DNA of 43,552 nucleotides from Waddliaceae bacterium (GTDB lineage Bacteria; Chlamydiota; Chlamydiia; Chlamydiales; SLFE01): NCBI GenBank assembly GCA_963783885.1, contig CAWAPJ010000004.1, positions 1 to 43,552 of the forward strand, read 5' to 3'. Shown piece by piece: positions 37,704 to 43,552 of this stretch (position 1 is its first letter; each line of letters starts with the position of its first letter). The notes under the pieces were generated by a model. It saw only the letters and a program-made list of their open reading frames with translations, ran no database searches and was not told where the DNA came from. The position numbers and the translations under genes were made by a program.

Positions 37704-38162
37704 TTACAAGGGATAGGCATAAGAGACGGCAATTTTCCACTTTCCATCTTTTTGCCGCTTGAAAACATCCAACCCCTTTTCTTTGATTGTATCCACTCCC
37801 GCTGAACTTCTCACCGTGAGCGTCCAGATCAACCGAACCACCGCCAAATCCTCTTCGATAAGGATTTGTTCGATCTGAGGAGGAGCATAATGGTAAATTT
37901 TTTCGGTGTCTTTCAATGCTACTGAAAATTGCCGGCACATATCCTGAAAATTTCTATCTTTAGTACCCGGATAGCTTGCGACGACATCTTCAGCAAACAG
38001 ACCGCATACAGCTTTTACATTTTTTTCGTTAAAATCTTTCGGCCATTGCATCAATAGATTTGTGATTTCCAGTCTTGATTGGCTATTTTGGAGGTTGTCA
38101 ACAGAGATTAATGACATCTTGCTCAATGTGAAAATCAATGCTGTCAAGAAAAATCGATTCAT
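37704..38162 (-). CDS. NTF2-like (SnoaL/DUF4440) protein with signal-like peptide
   Basis: LFAEDVV, DLAVVR..W.L, DVFKRQKDGKWKI. Confidence 0.85.
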   Translation of the reverse strand: MNRFFLTALIFTLSKMSLISVDNLQNSQSRLEITNLLMQWPKDFNEKNVKAVCGLFAEDVVASYPGTKDRNFQDMCRQFSVALKDTEKIYHYAPPQIEQILIEEDLAVVRLIWTLTVRSSAGVDTIKEKGLDVFKRQKDGKWKIAVSYAYPL

Positions 38163-38446
38163 AGTCTATTATCAACTTTATCGGCTACAATGTTTAATAG
38201 GGTTTTTGTTAAAAATTCCGCCTGCTCTTTTTTATAGTCGAAACCGCAAAAATGATCCTCAGGCTGTTTGTGCTTGATGCAATAAATACCGCCGCATCGA
38301 CAATTAAATTGAATAGGATAAGGTTTTCTTTCACAGATGAAACAGCGATCTGAAAATGCTATTTTAGCTGCTTGATCCGCTTGTCTCATTTTTTGAGCTT
38401 CTTTAGAAACATTTGGAGGATCTTTTTGAATTCCGGGTATTGTCAT
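38159..38446 (-). CDS. AN1-type zinc finger protein (eukaryote-like)
   Basis: RCFICERK...FNCRCGGIYCIKHKQPEDHFCGFDYK plus IVADKV tail. Confidence 0.85.
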   Translation of the reverse strand: MTIPGIQKDPPNVSKEAQKMRQADQAAKIAFSDRCFICERKPYPIQFNCRCGGIYCIKHKQPEDHFCGFDYKKEQAEFLTKTLLNIVADKVDNRL

Positions 38447-38448
38447 AG

Positions 38449-40863
38449 CTAATCGCTGACTTTACTGATGGCCACTTTAAACGCCGGAACCGTCGGTTGC
38501 GAGCTGCCGGGATTTACAGTATAGAGGCCGATCCCATCTCCACCCGTCATGGCTGACATAAAAAATCGAAGAACGTCGCCTGCTGTCACGTCGAGGAGAA
38601 AGGCTCTCGAAACAGCAATATCTGCATCGGTGAATTCTAGTGTGAATGTCGCATTCGCATTAAATGGCACATTCGATCCGTTTACCTCCGGCCAGATGTA
38701 AATGTCATCGTGAAGGACGTTGGAATTATCTGTAAACGATGCGTTTGCCGTATATTCGATCCGATAGGTGCCGGTTTCAGAAAATGTGATATTCCCAAGC
38801 CCTGAAAGGGAAATACCGCTGCCGACATCTGTATTTTCGAGAGTGATTTGAGTTGTCCCACCTGTTCCAATAAGTTGAGACGAGGCAGTTGAGCTGATCT
38901 CGGCGTAGGAAACCGCTCCTTGCCCTTCCGGACCCGTTGGCCCCGTCGCACCGGTGGGACCTGTGGGGCCTGTAGGGCCTGTTGGTCCGATTACTGTGCT
39001 TGTGGGCCCCGTCGGTCCGGTGGGGCCGGTGGGACCTATCGGGCCTGTTGCCCCCGTTGGGCCCGTGGGTCCAGTTACTCCGGTTGGACCTGTGACTCCA
39101 ATGACACCTTGAGGACCTATAGGGCCGATCGCTCCGGTGGGCCCGGTTGGACCCGCAGGTCCTGTTGCTCCGGTCCCCCCTGTCAATCCTGCGGGTCCCG
39201 TAGGCCCTGTCGGACCCGTCGGCCCGGTGGGACCTGTCGTGCCGGCAGGGCCTGTTGGTCCCGTCGGCCCCTGCGGCCCGGCAGGTCCAGGGGAGCCCTC
39301 AGCGGGAGCATTGCAGCCATGCGAAACCGAACTGCTTGAAATCCCGTCGCTGATAATAAAATCGCAGCTCCCATCATCTTGTATTTCCGCCGCAAGCGAT
39401 CCGTCCCTGTTGTAGCGATATAGGGATCTTTTGGTAATTTGCCCGTTTTGCCGCGTAATTTTTCTCATCAGAAAGTCGATTCCCGGCTTGTATTCATAAG
39501 TCGTTTCGCTTCCATCGCTGCTCGAACTTCTGATTAAATGATTGAAGCCATCATCAGAATAAACGAAGTTTTTTTCTAAAAAGTCGGCATTCCTCGCGTC
39601 AATGAGTGATCCATCGCGATCGACCTTTAGATCTCCACCTTGATAATGGGTCTTTTTAACGATATTGCCAAATGGATCATATTCATAAGCGGTATAGGAC
39701 AGCACCTGGCCGTTTCCATCGGCAAAACTTTCGGCAATCAAAAGACCGATTGTCTCTTTGTCTTTGCCCCAGTACTTTTGCTTAATGCTAAAGGGAGATC
39801 CTCCCGACCCGAATTTGACAATTTTTGTCGGCTGAAGTCTTTCATCAAATTCATAATGCGTTTTGAGGCCTCCACCGTCCCATACATCGGTAAATCCCTC
39901 TCCATAAACAAAGCTGCATTCGGTTTTCTGCAATCCGAAAGGACTCTCTTTGATCGAGGCGACCCTTCCTTTCTTGTCATAGTCGATTTCGGTTTCCCCA
40001 TGTTGAGTCAAAAGAAGACGGCTGCCTTCCAATTGATATTCATATGTTTTGGGCATTAAATCCGATCCGTAGGCTTGAACAAGTCTCTTGTGAGAATCAA
40101 AAAGATAACAGACATGTTTCATATCGCTTGAAGAGATTTTGACTAGGCATTGATCTTGATTCCAGTCATAGTCAAATCGGAGCCAGGATAGAATGACTTC
40201 TTTTGAGATATTTTTCGCCTCAATCGATTTCAGATGGCCATGAATATCATAGCTGTAGAGAAGATAATTCCCTCCGGGAAGAGATTCTTCCACTAGGCGA
40301 TAATATGTTGGCTTGGCAACTTGAGCGGCGAGGATGGGGATCAGCTCTTCTCCCAAGATTGGTTTGGGGTATGAGTTCACTTTTTGATATTTTCTCCGAG
40401 TGCCGTCTCCTAGCACAAGTTCCGCGGCGTCTCCGTGAAAGCTCAATTGATTGTTTCTGAAATGAGAGGGACTGGCGGATCCGATACTGTCTTTCAAGAC
40501 ATCAACTCGTAATGGGCTGTCCCCGGAGTATGTGAGAATTCCGCCCGATTTTTCTCCTGCGAAGGCGAGAATTCTCTCATTCTGAACATCCTTTCCCATG
40601 ATAAGGAATCGCTCGGGGAAGACTCTCCATCCCCCTTTTTTTCCGATAAAGGTATTGTAATATCTCGTCAAAGTCAGCGGGCACGGCCGCTCAATCACAA
40701 GGTCAGTTTCTTCAAGGGAACAGTCCCCGCTGATGACATTCACGCGGTTGGAGACAAAATACTCCATGTTCTCCCCGGTAGACGGAAAAGGCGCTGCCGG
40801 CCTGCCGGCAAAGATTTCGAGATGCCAGAGAAGCAAAATCGATAGTGTAAAAATGCGTTTCAT
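38449..40863 (-). CDS. Secreted RHS/YD-repeat protein fused to collagen (GPT)n and a BclA/C1q-like C-terminal domain
   Basis: Signal peptide; VNVISGD, LTRYY, YD repeats ([18 protein letters not shown]); Gly-X-Y run at about 38920-39300; [13 protein letters not shown]. Confidence 0.85.
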   Translation of the reverse strand: MKRIFTLSILLLWHLEIFAGRPAAPFPSTGENMEYFVSNRVNVISGDCSLEETDLVIERPCPLTLTRYYNTFIGKKGGWRVFPERFLIMGKDVQNERILAFAGEKSGGILTYSGDSPLRVDVLKDSIGSASPSHFRNNQLSFHGDAAELVLGDGTRRKYQKVNSYPKPILGEELIPILAAQVAKPTYYRLVEESLPGGNYLLYSYDIHGHLKSIEAKNISKEVILSWLRFDYDWNQDQCLVKISSSDMKHVCYLFDSHKRLVQAYGSDLMPKTYEYQLEGSRLLLTQHGETEIDYDKKGRVASIKESPFGLQKTECSFVYGEGFTDVWDGGGLKTHYEFDERLQPTKIVKFGSGGSPFSIKQKYWGKDKETIGLLIAESFADGNGQVLSYTAYEYDPFGNIVKKTHYQGGDLKVDRDGSLIDARNADFLEKNFVYSDDGFNHLIRSSSSDGSETTYEYKPGIDFLMRKITRQNGQITKRSLYRYNRDGSLAAEIQDDGSCDFIISDGISSSSVSHGCNAPAEGSPGPAGPQGPTGPTGPAGTTGPTGPTGPTGPTGPAGLTGGTGATGPAGPTGPTGAIGPIGPQGVIGVTGPTGVTGPTGPTGATGPIGPTGPTGPTGPTSTVIGPTGPTGPTGPTGATGPTGPEGQGAVSYAEISSTASSQLIGTGGTTQITLENTDVGSGISLSGLGNITFSETGTYRIEYTANASFTDNSNVLHDDIYIWPEVNGSNVPFNANATFTLEFTDADIAVSRAFLLDVTAGDVLRFFMSAMTGGDGIGLYTVNPGSSQPTVPAFKVAISKVSD

Positions 40864-40873
40864 ATCATTTATC

Positions 40874-41869
<996 letters not shown>

Positions 41870-42898
41870 TTAAAATTCCAGCTTTGCCGAAAGCGATCCG
41901 CCATTAAGCGACAGATCCCCATGGCAATTGATCATGTTGTAATCAAAATAACGTTGAAACTCGTAGCCGAGTCTCAGCGTCAGAAAAATATTGTCGCAAA
42001 GGCACCTCTTCCAGCTCAATCCGATGCCGGCGTCAGCCGCAAAGACACAGGCGCAAAGGGTCCTATTTGACCTGACAGTCGTGACATCTTCCGAATCCGA
42101 AGTGGTTTCAACTTCACCCGCAAACACACAATTCCTTCCATAAACAACGGCAGCATCGGCAAGAGCATAGATCCCAAAGCCGCATCCCAAATCCCAATCA
42201 GCCTCGATGCCGGCAACAGGCCCAGTAGCTGTCAGCCTTTGATTGTTATCATCAATGGCAAGTGTTTCAGTTGTCACATCCGAAACTATCGATGTGCTGA
42301 CAAAATTGACATGCAGATCCTGTTGAATCCAGACGGTCCTTACCCCGATAAATGGAGCCCATGAAAAACAGCAGCATCGATTGAACTTTTTGGCCAGGGC
42401 GACATCCAGAACATCATAATCGAGCTTCCAGGAAAGTATATTGCCGTTTTTAGCATCAGTATGAAATCGGGTCCAGTAAACGGCGAGCTCATAACATCCC
42501 TGCCAGAAAGTTGTTCCCGCTCCGATTCGAAATCCCACATCCCATTGATAGGGAACTTTTATGTCATTGGCGATGATGAGTGTTGATGTTCCTCCGGCAT
42601 CTGTCGTGACTGTTGTATCTATCGATCCAAACATGCAAGTGAGGAAGCTGCCGACGCATGGCTTGAAAAACAGAAGATCTCCTTCCACCCAAAAGCAGCT
42701 GCAAGGATTGCAGCAAGTAGTATCGCAGCAAAATTCCGTATCCATATAAGAACATGATTTATCCCAAACGTTTTGATCTTCTACCTCACAGTTTTGCCTG
42801 GTCCAGATAAGGCCATCCTGTTGTATCGCTTCTTCTCCTACAACAAAACCGAATAAACCGATGAGAACCATTGTGCTAAAAGTATAGATTCTAAGCAT
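41870..42898 (-). CDS. Cys-rich MOMP-like (Lpg1974 family-like) outer-membrane beta-barrel
   Basis: Signal peptide, WDVGFRIG, WKLDYDVLD, GYEFQRYF, GDLSLNG....KLEF with terminal Phe. Confidence 0.85.
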   Translation of the reverse strand: MLRIYTFSTMVLIGLFGFVVGEEAIQQDGLIWTRQNCEVEDQNVWDKSCSYMDTEFCCDTTCCNPCSCFWVEGDLLFFKPCVGSFLTCMFGSIDTTVTTDAGGTSTLIIANDIKVPYQWDVGFRIGAGTTFWQGCYELAVYWTRFHTDAKNGNILSWKLDYDVLDVALAKKFNRCCCFSWAPFIGVRTVWIQQDLHVNFVSTSIVSDVTTETLAIDDNNQRLTATGPVAGIEADWDLGCGFGIYALADAAVVYGRNCVFAGEVETTSDSEDVTTVRSNRTLCACVFAADAGIGLSWKRCLCDNIFLTLRLGYEFQRYFDYNMINCHGDLSLNGGSLSAKLEF

Positions 42899-42917
42899 AA
42901 TTTTTCAATTCCTTTAT

Positions 42918-43552
<635 letters not shown>

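Overview
Bacterial chromosomal segment. It probably comes from an environmental Chlamydiae-like intracellular bacterium, inferred from the Cys-rich envelope proteins, a Cys-rich MOMP-like beta-barrel, an RHS-type gene and eukaryote-like domains; this was not verified by search. The housekeeping and metabolic backbone includes dinB, polX, tdk, ppa, a DEAD-box helicase, typA, an FKBP PPIase, an amidase, a GNAT-nitrilase, patatin, a ComA-like enzyme, and AI-2E and YihY membrane proteins. Mobile DNA: (1) an IS982-family element (1152-2297) whose non-coding ends each fold into a ~110-nt hairpin and which splits a secreted-protein gene; (2) a related palindromic MITE (15029-15189) and an orphan IS end (29234-29261); (3) a ~4.15-kb integrase-less insert bounded by a 24-bp direct repeat (15000-15023 / 19173-19196); (4) inside that insert, an IS5/IS903-type element (17032-18595, 9-bp target duplication) carrying a passenger GxxExxY gene and CACNGAG subterminal repeats. 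Candidate host-interaction genes are a eukaryote-like RasGAP-domain protein (31109-32155) and an AN1 zinc finger (38159-38446). The window ends in a cluster of three collagen (Gly-Pro-Thr)n / BclA-C1q-like genes around a MOMP-like porin, one of them fused to an RHS/YD N-terminus. No rRNA, tRNA or CRISPR array was recognised.
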